Origin: a virus
Direction: 5' to 3' (one strand)
Virus record (IMG/VR): IMGVR_UViG_3300035490_000050
Location: 72,455 to 136,454 of that record
Length of the DNA stretch: 64,000 nucleotides
Shown: positions 53,628-64,000 of the stretch, one piece after another
Numbering within the stretch: the first letter of the stretch is position 1
Layout of the letters: each line of letters opens with the position of its first letter
The notes under the pieces: generated by a model
What the model was told of the DNA's origin: nothing
Seen by the model: the letters and a program-made list of their open reading frames with translations, nothing else
Database searches by the model: none
Translations under genes and position numbers: made by a program

Positions 53628-54113
53628 ATGAACGTCATCGACTATGTACGCGAAGAGGTAACGCGCCAAGGACACGATGTAGAGTCTCTTGACGGCATAG
53701 AGCGTGTAGGGTGGATGCTGGATGCGTGGAGCTACGCGCTTAGGAAGACTTCTATTTCAGACAGGAAACCGACGGTCAAAGATGTGATTGCTCTTGGAAA
53801 ATTGGTTGAACGGAAAAAGAACAAGCAAGGACTGCGAACCTGCGGGGTTTATGTGCGGACAAGGACAGGGATAAAAAGATTTCCAGAATGGCAGGAAGTT
53901 CCTCGGCTTTTGGATATATTATTTAACCAGTGTCCAGAGAACAAGAGAGAACTGGAACCGCTAGAGTTTTACAAGGCTTTCGAGGGGATACACGCATTTG
54001 TAGATGGCAACGGGCGAGTTGGTAAAATCCTCTTGGCTTGGCTAAGTCACACCCTCTACTATCCTGAGTTTCCACCAAACGATCTTTTTGGAGAATGGAT
54101 TGCAAACCCGTAA
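53628..54113 (+). CDS. Fic-domain protein
   Basis: [12 protein letters not shown]. Confidence 0.88.
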   Translation: MNVIDYVREEVTRQGHDVESLDGIERVGWMLDAWSYALRKTSISDRKPTVKDVIALGKLVERKKNKQGLRTCGVYVRTRTGIKRFPEWQEVPRLLDILFNQCPENKRELEPLEFYKAFEGIHAFVDGNGRVGKILLAWLSHTLYYPEFPPNDLFGEWIANP

Positions 54114-54127
54114 GAGAAAGGAAAGAC

Positions 54128-54334
54128 ATGAAAGGCGTTGTAATCTGGTTCAATAACAGCAAGGGCTTCGGGTTTTTGAAGCCTGACGACGGAAGTGCCG
54201 ATGTGTTCACGCATTTCAGTGCCATCCAATGCGAAGGATACAAGAAGCTCGAACAGGGACAGAAAGTCCAATTTGAAATAGAACAGGGGCCAAAAGGAAA
54301 GCCGCAGGCCGCAAACGTAGTTGTGGTGGACTGA
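54128..54334 (+). CDS. Cold-shock domain protein (CspA family)
   Basis: [23 protein letters not shown]. Confidence 0.95.
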   Translation: MKGVVIWFNNSKGFGFLKPDDGSADVFTHFSAIQCEGYKKLEQGQKVQFEIEQGPKGKPQAANVVVVD

Positions 54335-54335
54335 C

Positions 54336-54824
54336 ATGCCTGACCGCATATCCTTTACCGTTCTTGGACGCCCACAGCCCCAAGGCTCAATGAAGGGATT
54401 CGTCTTGCCGGGTAAAGATGGCAAGAAGCCACGAGCCATTCTAACGAGCGACAACACAAAGATGAAGCCCTACCGTCAGCAGGTAGGATGGGCCGCTCTG
54501 GACGCCCGTGCAAAGGCAGGATACGCTGGTTTATTTGCAGAGAAGCAAGTGGCGGTAGGAGTAGAAATGAAGTTCTACTTTGAAAAGCCTCCATCTATAT
54601 CTAAGAAGCGCCAGCACATCTCTGTAAAACCAGATATAGATAAAATCTGTCGCAGCAGCATAGATGCCATGACTGGAGTGTTATGGGCAGACGACGCGCA
54701 AATCATTCAATTGATAGCCTCAAAGCACTATGGAATACCAGAGAGGGCGGAGATTGTCGTAACTAATCTGGAGAGCACAGAGACGCCGCGTATGTTGTTT
54801 GAGAGTGGGTATCATCCATTCTAG
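54336..54824 (+). CDS. rusA: RusA Holliday junction resolvase
   Basis: P.PQGS, KPDIDK..R...DAMTG...DDAQI. Confidence 0.92.
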   Translation: MPDRISFTVLGRPQPQGSMKGFVLPGKDGKKPRAILTSDNTKMKPYRQQVGWAALDARAKAGYAGLFAEKQVAVGVEMKFYFEKPPSISKKRQHISVKPDIDKICRSSIDAMTGVLWADDAQIIQLIASKHYGIPERAEIVVTNLESTETPRMLFESGYHPF

Positions 54825-54835
54825 GGAGAGGAATT

Positions 54836-55099
54836 ATGTGGAAGTATCTCAAGCGTGAGTTTTTTGGTTGGTTCTCAGGATTCAAGGACTATATCAGAGG
54901 GTTGGATTCCTGCGAACTGTGTGGAAACGAAATAGCCGACAATATCTGTGTAGGTTGCGACCGCAGGATATGTAATATGTGCAATTCAGGCTACTATGAA
55001 GACGCTGAGTTATGTCAAGCCTGTCGGCACGATATAACGCCGGAAGAGGAAGAAGAGGACCGCAGACTAGCGGCGGAGTTGGATGGAGATACCGAGTGA
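54836..55099 (+). CDS. Cys-rich small protein
   Basis: Four CxxC pairs; RBS. Confidence 0.6.
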   Translation: MWKYLKREFFGWFSGFKDYIRGLDSCELCGNEIADNICVGCDRRICNMCNSGYYEDAELCQACRHDITPEEEEEDRRLAAELDGDTE

Positions 55100-55545
55100 A
55101 AGCATTATCTCTCTGGCAACCCCACGCTCAAGCGATAGGATTGAAGTTGAAGCCTTACGAAACGAGAGGCTGGAAAACTGACTATCGTGGTCCTCTGGCG
55201 ATCCACGCGGCAAAGAAACTTTTCAATTACAAAGACTATCTTCTCGACTATTATCAGGAAGTGGGTAGGAGATTTAAGCAGATCGATTTTCCTCTGTACG
55301 CTCTGGACTACGGAAAGGTACTCTGTGTAGTCGATCTAGTTGATTGCGTTCCTACAGGCAAGCTGAGGGGCAGGATAGGGGACTGTGAGTTTTGGGGAGA
55401 CTTCCGAGACAAAGGAGACGACGGCAAGGACAGGTATGCATTCAAACTGGAAAATGTTCGATTGATTCCTGCGCTCAAACGGCCAGCGGTGACAGGACGG
55501 CAAGGATTCTTTAACGTACCAGATGAACTAATCGTTTGGGAGTAA
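55096..55545 (+). CDS. ASCH-domain protein
   Basis: KALSLWQP.A...K..ETR.W.T.YRGPLAIHA, G.QGFF. Confidence 0.9.
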   Translation: MKALSLWQPHAQAIGLKLKPYETRGWKTDYRGPLAIHAAKKLFNYKDYLLDYYQEVGRRFKQIDFPLYALDYGKVLCVVDLVDCVPTGKLRGRIGDCEFWGDFRDKGDDGKDRYAFKLENVRLIPALKRPAVTGRQGFFNVPDELIVWE

Positions 55546-55566
55546 CCGGGGAGAGGAGAAACAAGC

Positions 55567-56349
55567 ATGGCAGATCACACGTTTTTCAGCACAGAGAATA
55601 GGCATAACGAGCGTCAGATTAGGATTCTAAGCGTAGGATCACTGGTCTCGAAGCCCCCAACCAAAGAGAAGAGAATTAGCATCAAGGTCCGTATGCCGCT
55701 ATCGACCGGAGGCATTGGGACTGGAACAATGGGTGCTCCAGCATGGCTAGACGAGGCGTACCGATACGTAGCTAGTCATGGTGGAGACAAAATCACCCCA
55801 GACATTGAATTCAAGGGCTACTCCATCGACCTCAGCACGGAAAATCTCTTTGGGGACGACATCAAATCAGCCAACTGCATCATGCGCGGGTTTGAGATTG
55901 CAGAGTTCGGGGACGAGGAAACGCCAGACGTGGTACTCAGCTTCACGCTACGTATGCCGTTCAGCGGCAAAAAATGGAACTACCTTGGGCAGTACGTCGG
56001 AGAGGATGTGTGGGCCAAGTTTATCCCAGGTGAGGCAGGAACAGCCTTTGTTGAGAGTGAGGACGGAACCCTACTTGACGACGGCGAGAACGAACAGGAA
56101 GACGAGGACGAAGCAGATCAGGGCGATCTTGACCAAGATCATCAAGAGGAAGGATTCAACCCTGAGTTGGATACGCCAGAGGAACTGGAATATGAGTCTG
56201 GACCGGCTCTGGTAAAAACCAAAAGTGGCCCAAAGGATTTGGCGGCTTTCCACGAGCAGGTAGTCGAAGGGGAGGTAAAGAGAAAGCGCGGCAGGCCACG
56301 GAAGGTTCCGCTAGGATTCACGAAGCCTTTGAATCAGCCTGAATTTTGA
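55567..56349 (+). CDS. Hypothetical protein, acidic tail with AT-hook
   Basis: Strong RBS; KRGRPRK. Confidence 0.7.
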   Translation: MADHTFFSTENRHNERQIRILSVGSLVSKPPTKEKRISIKVRMPLSTGGIGTGTMGAPAWLDEAYRYVASHGGDKITPDIEFKGYSIDLSTENLFGDDIKSANCIMRGFEIAEFGDEETPDVVLSFTLRMPFSGKKWNYLGQYVGEDVWAKFIPGEAGTAFVESEDGTLLDDGENEQEDEDEADQGDLDQDHQEEGFNPELDTPEELEYESGPALVKTKSGPKDLAAFHEQVVEGEVKRKRGRPRKVPLGFTKPLNQPEF

Positions 56350-56368
56350 TTTCCTATCAAGTGGAGGG

Positions 56369-56401
56369 AAGGGGGAACCGGAGAGATTCGGCCCCCTTTT
56401 T
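56369..56401 (+). terminator. Intrinsic terminator at strand convergence
   Basis: AAGGGGG..CCG/CGG-CCCCTTTTT. Confidence 0.7.
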
Positions 56402-56685
56402 ACTGCGCCAAGTGGTAGTACCCGTATATCCACAGGCCCGCCAGCGTGACGACGCATAGGACACCTAAAGCAATCCACGCCCACATACCCCACGGAAAGG
56501 TGTGGTGGCTTACGTTATCACCTAAATTCATCTGTCCATCAAAGTGATCCTCGATCTTTGGTTCCCACGGACGTTTCATTCCAGACATCCTCTCGCCTTA
56601 CAAATTGCATTGCTTTGAAAATGTTAGCGTTACAACTTTCCAAACAATTGAAAACAAGTGGAAAAACAAGTAAAAGTGCGCAGGA

Positions 56686-57423
56686 TTATGGAGAAGTTTC
56701 GCGGCAGGACTGGCGTTTTAGAATCTTTGCCACCGTTGAACCATGCCAGGGCTTCTTTCCGTTCTTTGTTCCCCGCGTCTCAACTCCCTCAGAATTAAGG
56801 ATTTGCGCAATCTGATCTGGCCGGTTTCCTTCGGCGCGTAGGACAATCATTCGGGCCACTACAGCCTTCTCTTCGGGGTAATCGGGATGTTCTCCGTAAG
56901 GCTTCCTGCCTTCTGCCCTATGATTCCTAATCGGATCAGGTGAATAGTTCTTTTGTCCCGGTTTCCGGCCCTCTCGTTTGATCCTGTCGCGGGCGTCCTT
57001 CAATTTGCTCACAATCATTTTGCGTTCATATTCAAAGAACGCTGCAAGAATCTGGCGAATGACGACGCGGGTAGGATCGTCACCGCATAAATCCTCTTCC
57101 CCTGGAGTGGCGGAAACAAGGAGAATCCCGTTCTCTTTGAAGTCGGCAATGATTGTTTCCTGAACTAGAACCGATCTTGCAAGCCTATCCAACTTCTCCA
57201 CAATGACGCAATGGACGCCGTTTGAGACCATTGCGGCACGCATGGCGCTGAATTGCGGACGGCCTTCTAAATCACTTCCGGTATGAGATTCAATGTACCA
57301 GTCGGCTATATTGAAGTCGTGTCCAGCCGCAAATATTCCAATCGTTTCCTGCTGGCGGTCTGGACCTTCCCCGTCCATCTGGCCTAATCCAGAACATCTG
57401 ACGTAGCCGTAAGAATCGGTCAT
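56686..57423 (-). CDS. Serine recombinase (resolvase family)
   Basis: GYVRCS, RPQF, KLDRLAR, EYERKMI, GRKPYG. Confidence 0.92.
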   Translation of the reverse strand: MTDSYGYVRCSGLGQMDGEGPDRQQETIGIFAAGHDFNIADWYIESHTGSDLEGRPQFSAMRAAMVSNGVHCVIVEKLDRLARSVLVQETIIADFKENGILLVSATPGEEDLCGDDPTRVVIRQILAAFFEYERKMIVSKLKDARDRIKREGRKPGQKNYSPDPIRNHRAEGRKPYGEHPDYPEEKAVVARMIVLRAEGNRPDQIAQILNSEGVETRGTKNGKKPWHGSTVAKILKRQSCRETSP

Positions 57424-57992
57424 TGTGCTTTCTCCAGTCTCCTGAGAATTTCTTTTCCTGTCCCGTTTATGATGTAGTATTCACACCCGCGCCCCAGACC
57501 AATCGGTAGAGATCGCACAGAATCTCAGCAAAGCGTCAATAGTCCGTTGAGAAGTACGTTCATCGCCGATCCAAGCGTTTCCGTGCTCCAAAGCCAACGA
57601 TTCACCTGCTAAGAGCTTACGCAAAATGTCACTTTAGCGTTTGGTAATAGTCTGTGTTGCAAGAAAAATCACCTTTGATTGAAAATCTTCGCTCATAGCA
57701 TCCTCTCCATCCACACGATTATCCCAACGCCCAGGATCATCAGCAGGACTTCCCACCATGAGAATTTAGAACTCGGTGTCGGTGTCATAAATTTCCTTCA
57801 TCCTGTGCGGCTTCGGAAGTTCGATCTTCGGTTTCGGAGCCGGTTTACGTTTCTTCTTCTTGCCATCCCATTCTCGGCTTCGACAGTCACGGTTAGGACA
57901 GCACTCAGGTTTCCGTGTCCCAATGCTGTACCAGTCCCATCCGCACAGGTCGCACTGGTAATGCTTTGCAAGCAATTGTACATCTGCAAGGA

Positions 57993-58367
57993 TCATGCTT
58001 GCAAGCCTTTCTTTTCATGCTTGCGCGTGTTGATCCACTGTTTAACGAGAGCCGTCCCTTCGCCGTAGGAAGTGGCGTGTTCTCCTCTGTTGCGCTTGAA
58101 AAAGAGAATAGGAGACTGAGCATCCACAAACCTCAGCCTTAGAACCTCGTAGGTGCCCTTCGTAGGCTCTACGCGGTATCCTTGACAGACAGCCCATGCC
58201 GCGAAGTCTACGAGCTTCGTAAGGGCCAGCAGGTTGCGAGAGCGGTTGCCTACAGTGTGCTGTTGCGCGGTAGGCCAGGAATCAGCATCGAAAGGATCAT
58301 AGTCTTCGATGTTTCCTTTACAATCGTTTGCATACCAAGCGTCTTCCTGATCCTCAAAGTAGGTCAT
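57993..58367 (-). CDS. Hypothetical protein
   Basis: AGGAG RBS, TAATG coupling. Confidence 0.6.
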   Translation of the reverse strand: MTYFEDQEDAWYANDCKGNIEDYDPFDADSWPTAQQHTVGNRSRNLLALTKLVDFAAWAVCQGYRVEPTKGTYEVLRLRFVDAQSPILFFKRNRGEHATSYGEGTALVKQWINTRKHEKKGLQA

Positions 58368-58569
58368 TATTGTGCTCCTCTGATAGCGTTCACAATGTCG
58401 TCACGCTGCGCCCCTGAGAGTGGAAGGGTAACCCACTGTCCCATTGATTTCTTTGTAATGAAAGACGCATGGGATTTGTTGGTAAAACCATGCAACTGCC
58501 AACCAAGAAGAGTGGCTAATTCCTGCCAATATCTTTGGTCGGATTCTAGCTGTGCGAGTTCTTCCTTTG

Positions 58570-58878
58570 TCATTGTTTCACCCCCGCCAGTTTATTACTC
58601 CAGTAGGACCGTAAGCCAGCAAAGACAGCTTCCAGTCTCTCTTCCGGTATGCCCAGAGAGATTGCTTTGTAGTAGTGAACGTATGCTTCTTCTATGCAGC
58701 GTTGGTTGTGTTCCTCTGTTCGCTCTCCTGAAAAGCGCAAGGCATTGGCATAGTCCATGATGGCAAACTTCTTGTAGGTATCGGCGACGATCATCCTGTC
58801 GCTTGCCGGTGCGAAGTCAGGCAGAGGATCATCCATCGCTTTCACGATGCTCTTTGCGACCTCTTGAACGTGGTTCAC
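58570..58878 (-). CDS. Hypothetical protein
   Basis: Coupled run. Confidence 0.55.
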   Translation of the reverse strand: MNHVQEVAKSIVKAMDDPLPDFAPASDRMIVADTYKKFAIMDYANALRFSGERTEEHNQRCIEEAYVHYYKAISLGIPEERLEAVFAGLRSYWSNKLAGVKQ

Positions 58879-59189
58879 GGCTTTCTCTCCCTTCGGACTT
58901 GATGCTTTGTAAATCCCAGAGCCTCATCAGGAGTCCACCCGCTAGTAAGTCGGTAACGAATAGTCTGCTTACTGATTCCTGTTTCAGTGGCCCATTCGGA
59001 AAGGCGCTTAGTTTTGCCGTTGACTGTTATCATACGCGGCTTAGGACTGTTGTCTACGCCATTCCACCTTCGGCTAAAGCACCATCGGCACTGCTTGGGA
59101 ATCTCTTCGCCCTGCGACTCCCAGGACTTACCGCAGTTGGGTAGCTCACAGGTGCAGAGCCAAGTCGTCTTGGTTTTCTTCTTAACCAT
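58875..59189 (-). CDS. Zinc finger plus HNH-associated DNA-binding domain
   Basis: ITVNGKTKRLSEWA..TGI..TIRYRL..GW...AL. Confidence 0.65.
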   Translation of the reverse strand: MVKKKTKTTWLCTCELPNCGKSWESQGEEIPKQCRWCFSRRWNGVDNSPKPRMITVNGKTKRLSEWATETGISKQTIRYRLTSGWTPDEALGFTKHQVRRERKP

Positions 59190-61319
59190 TTAATCTCCTA
59201 TCGCGCCGATCATCTCTGGCAATCGCATCAAGCCAATCTTCCCGCTCTTGCGCCGTTTCCCGATTCTGATATACTGACGGTGTGCTGGTGCATGGTGACT
59301 TCATCCCGCCAGAGGGCAACGCATTCAGGATGAGCGGATTTTCCTTTTGCCCAGGAATTGCAGTTGCGGTACACTGCGGACTTTCTGAGACGGTGACGGT
59401 CTCAAGAGTTTGAATCGGAATTGAATCCTCCGGTTCCCGAACACGACTTTCCTGTGGGGTCAGGTTCGCAGTCTCCTCCTCAACGAACAGCGATACCGGA
59501 AGGGAACCGGCTAACCCACTAGGGAGACGTATTGTTTTATTCTGGTTCACGTTGGTCTCCTATCAAAACACTAGCAGGATGATCCCGCAGACGATCAGGA
59601 CCGTAAGGCGGAAGACGCGAAAGACTCGGCCCCAGGGAACCCAGTAACACAGGGCAACGACTATACAGGCGATCAGAGGTGGCGCGTAGGAGTCAGGATC
59701 GTCGTGCCCTACAAGTTCTCTGTAGATGTTTCCGGCGAGGCTCATTTCGTATCCTCCAGAAAGTTCTTGAGTTGCGTGATCTTGCGGTCGGTTGCGTTAA
59801 TCTCGTTGGTGTAGAAAGAGCCGGTATTTGTCTGTCCTAGTTGCTCCAGCAAAAGGTGAGAAAGGTTCTTCAACTCCCCTTGGACTCGCGCCCGCAGGAT
59901 AGATAAATCACTTATCCCATTCCCGCAATGAGCTACAAAGGAAGGCAGGATGCGTAGCGCCCTGGTGAAGGGCATAGGAGGCTTTACTTGCGGCTTCACG
60001 GCTTTGTTATCTCCGGCTCTCTCTTCATCTTTGCGAATCCGAGAACAGTAACGAGAATTATGCGTCCGTCTTCAATCTCGATCTGTGTGTTCCCGTCGTC
60101 AAGGGTAACCATTCTGACGATGCGCTTTCCTTCCCATGCTTCCCAAATGTACTTTTCACCCATGACTACTCCTCCTCGCGCTCAGTCTTCTTCTTATGCC
60201 AGTATTCCGGCTCAGGATGGGTAGGTAGTCCTAGCGCCTTACGCGCATGGGTAACGGCATAGAAAAGCAATTCAGCCCTCATCCGGCCATCGTTCGGACC
60301 TACCCACTCAGGAACTAATTCGGCGCACATGCTAGGATCGGGCCAGAGTGTAGCGATTTGTTTGAGAGTCGTTTCTAGTGTACGGATGCGGTTCTCTAGC
60401 CCTCTCTGTCCTGCTGCTGTGTATCCCATAAATCACCTCTCCCATTGATAGTTCGTGTTAACTCGGAATCGTTGAGGACCGATCTTCTTCCATCTCACAT
60501 AGCATCCTGCAAACCATGAGGCATTGGCTAGGAGTTGAATCAGTTCGTCGCGGTCCATGAGATAGGTCACTGGTTCCCTTCATAGTGCGTATGACATTCA
60601 AAACGGGCCGTCAGCACGTCCATCCGATGGTCAACGTATTGAGCGATAGCTTTGCCGATAACTGAGGGCCGATTAGCACTGTCAGAACTATATGGCTTGG
60701 ACTTCCACCCACACGCACAGTGGACGCGGCTTTCCGGGAAACCAAAATCATCCTCATGCTTCACGCCCTCAATTAGTGTTATCCCACACTTCGCCATCCT
60801 CCTACCCCCTTCCCGTATGCGCGTCAGGATGCAACTTAGCATTACGGATAAATCCTTCTGTTGATGGGAACGCTGAGTCTGATCCTTCGCCTTTGCAGAT
60901 CGAGACTTTCACGCGCTCGGTTGAGAGCGGCTTAGGATTAGGCCACTCGGCAATGTTGGAGCGGTCTAAGAGTTTTGTTGCTTCAAATGCGTTCATTCTT
61001 GTTTCTCCTTTGGAGTTAGTTACCGTTATCCTGCGCCTAGCGCAAACGGTTGTCAAGAGGAAAACTTTGGGTTCCTGTCAATACCTGAAGGCTTCAGGAT
61101 CGTCAACAATCGGGCGGTCCTCTCGAAAGTCTTCGGGGTGTTTACGCCGCCAGACATTACGCTTGTGTTCGTCATGCCAGTTGCGCCGTGCCTTAGCTCG
61201 GCCTGTACTAGATGGTACGAGTATGAGTTTCTCCCATGCACCGCAGGAGCATTGAGCCTTGTACGGCTCTTGTTGGTTAACTGGAAGCAAGCTGTGACCT
61301 TTGATGATGGTTGATCCTG

Positions 61320-61613
61320 TCATGCCGTCACCTCTGGCTGTGCGTGGCGAGGAACAAAGCACTCTTGCAACTTGCCTGTCGTGCGGTCGATGTGGCGACG
61401 GATGCCGTATATGTCGTGGGTGAAGTCAGAGCTATCTGCCGTGAGCAGTTCTTCCAATTGCAGTGGGCATCCGTTTGAGTGGCAACCGTTGAGGTCCATA
61501 ATCATTGTGCGGCGGTCGTCAGGATAATTTGGAATATCTGACTCGATGCGCTCTGCGATCTGGACAATGAGTTTGAAATCGGCATTGCTGATATTCCAGT
61601 TAATCATTGTCAT
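61320..61613 (-). CDS. Conserved hypothetical protein
   Basis: MDL..CH.NGCPL.L..LL.AD..DF.HDI.GI.RHIDR.TG.L..CF.PR. Confidence 0.7.
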   Translation of the reverse strand: MTMINWNISNADFKLIVQIAERIESDIPNYPDDRRTMIMDLNGCHSNGCPLQLEELLTADSSDFTHDIYGIRRHIDRTTGKLQECFVPRHAQPEVTA

Positions 61614-61649
61614 TCCTCCCGGTGAATGGTTTAGTTCGCTATCAAACAG

Positions 61650-62225
61650 TTAGGCAACGTCACAATACTCCATTGCCAGCCGCAGGACTTCATCGTAGCT
61701 GCCAGCGCCGAACGCTTTGGTTGTGAATTCCTTGGCCTTGTCAGCCTGTCCTGCGTTCTTCAAGGCTTTACCACAGCGCCCGATGATGAAGAAAGCATTG
61801 CCATCCTCTCCGCTTAACTGTACAAACGGTTTGGACGTGGTTTTCGATTCGTCCTCTTCAATGTCGTCTTCTTCGGCAGTGGCATAGCCATAGTCAGCGC
61901 CGTGATTGGCAATGAAGTCGTCTGTCCAGCCGATGCAGCCGTTCCACCCGATCCGCCAGAGAGCCATCTTGCCCATGTTCGGCTTAGCGTCAGGATCGAA
62001 TACGAGTACCAAGTCACAGCGGCCCTTGTCTCCTAGCACGTTATCTGAGAGCGTGTAGGCTCTGGTAAAGCAATTCTCCGCTGAGGTGATGGAGGATTCT
62101 TTCAACTCCCCGTTGATCCCGTTGACCCACTCTTCGAGCGGAGCGCCAGCGCCTAGAACGACGATGCTGAAATTGTCTTTCTGGTCGGCAATGAATTCCT
62201 GAAATGTTTTGGTTGTGATCTCCAC
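61650..62225 (-). CDS. Hypothetical two-domain phage protein
   Basis: C-terminal L.GEDGNAFFIIG...AL..AG...SYDEVL motif. Confidence 0.7.
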   Translation of the reverse strand: MEITTKTFQEFIADQKDNFSIVVLGAGAPLEEWVNGINGELKESSITSAENCFTRAYTLSDNVLGDKGRCDLVLVFDPDAKPNMGKMALWRIGWNGCIGWTDDFIANHGADYGYATAEEDDIEEDESKTTSKPFVQLSGEDGNAFFIIGRCGKALKNAGQADKAKEFTTKAFGAGSYDEVLRLAMEYCDVA

Positions 62226-62282
62226 TGTCCTAGCCCTCCCAGGCTTTCCTGTAACGCTCAGGGGTGCGGTTGCGTTAATCCC

Positions 62283-62582
62283 TTACTCTGCAATCACGAT
62301 GCAGTCAACGTCCACACGTTCATTGGTTGGCGTAGGAGTAGTAAACCCCCAGTTGAAGTCGGCGACCACGGCTGCTGTAACGCTCTCTCCGGGCCGTAGG
62401 ACGGGTCCGCTAGGAATGTTGACGTTGGAGTGTCCCCGATTGGAGATGCAGAGCGGCATAGAGCCTTGCTCTGCGTTGGGCAGGTAGAGGGTAACGGCGG
62501 ATGGTTGAGACGCTATGCACAGAAGACATGCAAAGAGAATAACCATTCCAATGAAAGAAGCGATCCATGTTTTATTAGTCAT
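62283..62582 (-). CDS. Membrane-anchored or secreted small protein
   Basis: N-terminal hydrophobic segment; AAGGA RBS. Confidence 0.55.
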   Translation of the reverse strand: MTNKTWIASFIGMVILFACLLCIASQPSAVTLYLPNAEQGSMPLCISNRGHSNVNIPSGPVLRPGESVTAAVVADFNWGFTTPTPTNERVDVDCIVIAE

Positions 62583-62624
62583 CGGATTTCCTTTCGTTTT
62601 TGGTTTCCTATCAAAACGGTTCGC

Positions 62625-63044
62625 TTACCTTTTAGACAAATTGAGCGGTTGGTCCTCTGCGCCAGCCTGATGCCATGTGCCGGTCAAGGAGCCATCGGGG
62701 TTGACTGAGCCTTCCCAAGCGGCTGTGAGCGCAGGGACAATGAAAGACAGCTTGCGGTAATCGGTTTGGATACGTGCCAGTTTGATTCCGGTTGCGCCGT
62801 TGCCGTCGAGTGAGCCTTCCAATTCCCCTTGGTCAGTGACGCGCAGGTGGAGCCGGATGTGCAGCGGACCTAGCTTGCCATCATATTCGCCAGCTAAGGC
62901 CAGAGGAACTACGCGGACGGTGCCATGCTGTCCTTGCGTGAGGGCGTAGTGGACGGGTTGCAGTGCTGGCTTAACGGCCTGAGACCATGCTGGTACACAG
63001 GCGAAGACGAAAAGCGATAGGACAAGTTTCATAGTGATCCTCAA
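62625..63044 (-). CDS. Secreted beta-rich protein
   Basis: Signal peptide (PAWS-Q), LAG.Y.G.LG.L, LTGTW.Q. Confidence 0.65.
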   Translation of the reverse strand: MRITMKLVLSLFVFACVPAWSQAVKPALQPVHYALTQGQHGTVRVVPLALAGEYDGKLGPLHIRLHLRVTDQGELEGSLDGNGATGIKLARIQTDYRKLSFIVPALTAAWEGSVNPDGSLTGTWHQAGAEDQPLNLSKR

Positions 63045-63787
63045 TTCTGCATTGTGACTATCACGGTGTTGACGTTGGTTCCTGATTCGGCAAAGGCATT
63101 CTCAGGCAGAGCTTCGATGGTGCCTTTGAAGCCAGGGAGACGGAAGCGGAAGGAGTCAGTCAGCGCATTGGTACGGAACGTCACGCTAGAAGACATAACG
63201 CTTACCAGACGGCCCCCAGGCTTTAGAAAGGTGAGTGCATGGTTAACATGCCGGATGTCAGCTTGACGCGGAGCAAAGGGAGGATTCATTACCACCCTAT
63301 CAAACGGTCGCAATCTGGCATTAGGTATCGCAAGAAAATCACCCTCGACAACTAATATCCCAGAGCCGCAGAGCGCCAACTTAGGAATGAATTCAGGATT
63401 GACTTCCACAGCGACCTTATCGGCGCTAGGAATAATAGCTTTAAGAATGTTTCCTGTTCCGGCGCTAGGCTCCAACACGCGCATCCCAGGTTCGATCTGT
63501 GCTAATTCCAAGAGCCTTTTGACTACAGCGGGTGGAGTAGGGAAGTATCCGAGTTCCTGTTTTTTGTTTAAGACTTTTCCGGTCAGGATAATCTGATCCA
63601 TGATCTCGGCTGCGTCACCGTCGAATACATGGGCCTGAGCCTTGCGGTTCCACTTGCCGCCTGCGGCCTCAAGGACTTTGTTGGTTATGACGTAGAGCGG
63701 CCTGTTAAGCTGCCCGGTCAACTTCAGGCTGTTTCCGCTCATGGTGGCATTGCTCAACACGTCAAGAACTGCGCTGTCGATGTTCAT
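63041..63787 (-). CDS. SAM-dependent (N6-adenine type) methyltransferase
   Basis: YFPTP, VLEPSAGTG, GDFL, MNPPF, F.ESGT.V. Confidence 0.9.
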   Translation of the reverse strand: MNIDSAVLDVLSNATMSGNSLKLTGQLNRPLYVITNKVLEAAGGKWNRKAQAHVFDGDAAEIMDQIILTGKVLNKKQELGYFPTPPAVVKRLLELAQIEPGMRVLEPSAGTGNILKAIIPSADKVAVEVNPEFIPKLALCGSGILVVEGDFLAIPNARLRPFDRVVMNPPFAPRQADIRHVNHALTFLKPGGRLVSVMSSSVTFRTNALTDSFRFRLPGFKGTIEALPENAFAESGTNVNTVIVTMQN

Positions 63788-64000
63788 GCCGTTATCTCCC
63801 CAAAACTTTTTGCTAGAAATTGCTTTCGCTGTTTGTCCACTTCTTTGTAATACTGGCGCGAACATAACATGCTGCCGGGTTCCGTACCGGCCCCCGCTGC
63901 CATGCGGGACGCACCGCTTACCCAAGGTTGAGGGCGCGACGGAGCTTACAGTTCGACTACCTTGTAGGTGGGCCGGCTGCTCTCGTTATGGGAGAGCACA

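Noticed and set aside
56686-57423. Prophage integrase marking an att boundary
   Set aside because: Short resolvase-type enzyme; phage-like genes continue on both sides and no att repeat was found.

Overview
64-kb segment of a large bacteriophage or prophage. This is inferred from dense short ORFs, primase-helicase, DUF1376 initiator, RusA, HNH/LAGLIDADG endonucleases and DNA methyltransferases; no virion structural genes lie in the window. Left to right: an IS1595-family element with a passenger gene; a glycosylation cluster (about 7 glycosyltransferases plus UDP-galactopyranose mutase); a translation-rescue island (about 17-31.5 kb) with 36 tRNA genes covering all 20 amino acids, a TROVE/Ro60-VWA gene and an Rnl5-type RNA ligase; DNA modification/replication genes; a J-kinase/VWA/PurA-like module; recombination genes. 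Main discovery: each of the three big tRNA arrays is preceded by a sigma70-type promoter, a leader ORF of 26-28 aa made almost entirely of codons for the amino acids served by that same array, and mutually exclusive antiterminator/terminator helices. These look like codon-matched attenuators that switch on a tRNA set when the matching host tRNAs are depleted. Other notable signals: four tRNA-like RNAs upstream of the Ro60 gene sharing a covarying Y-RNA-like 4x5 internal loop; three Arg tRNAs whose D-arm seems relocated into the variable region; two Lys tRNAs with long variable arms. All calls come from manual reading; no searches or folding programs were run.
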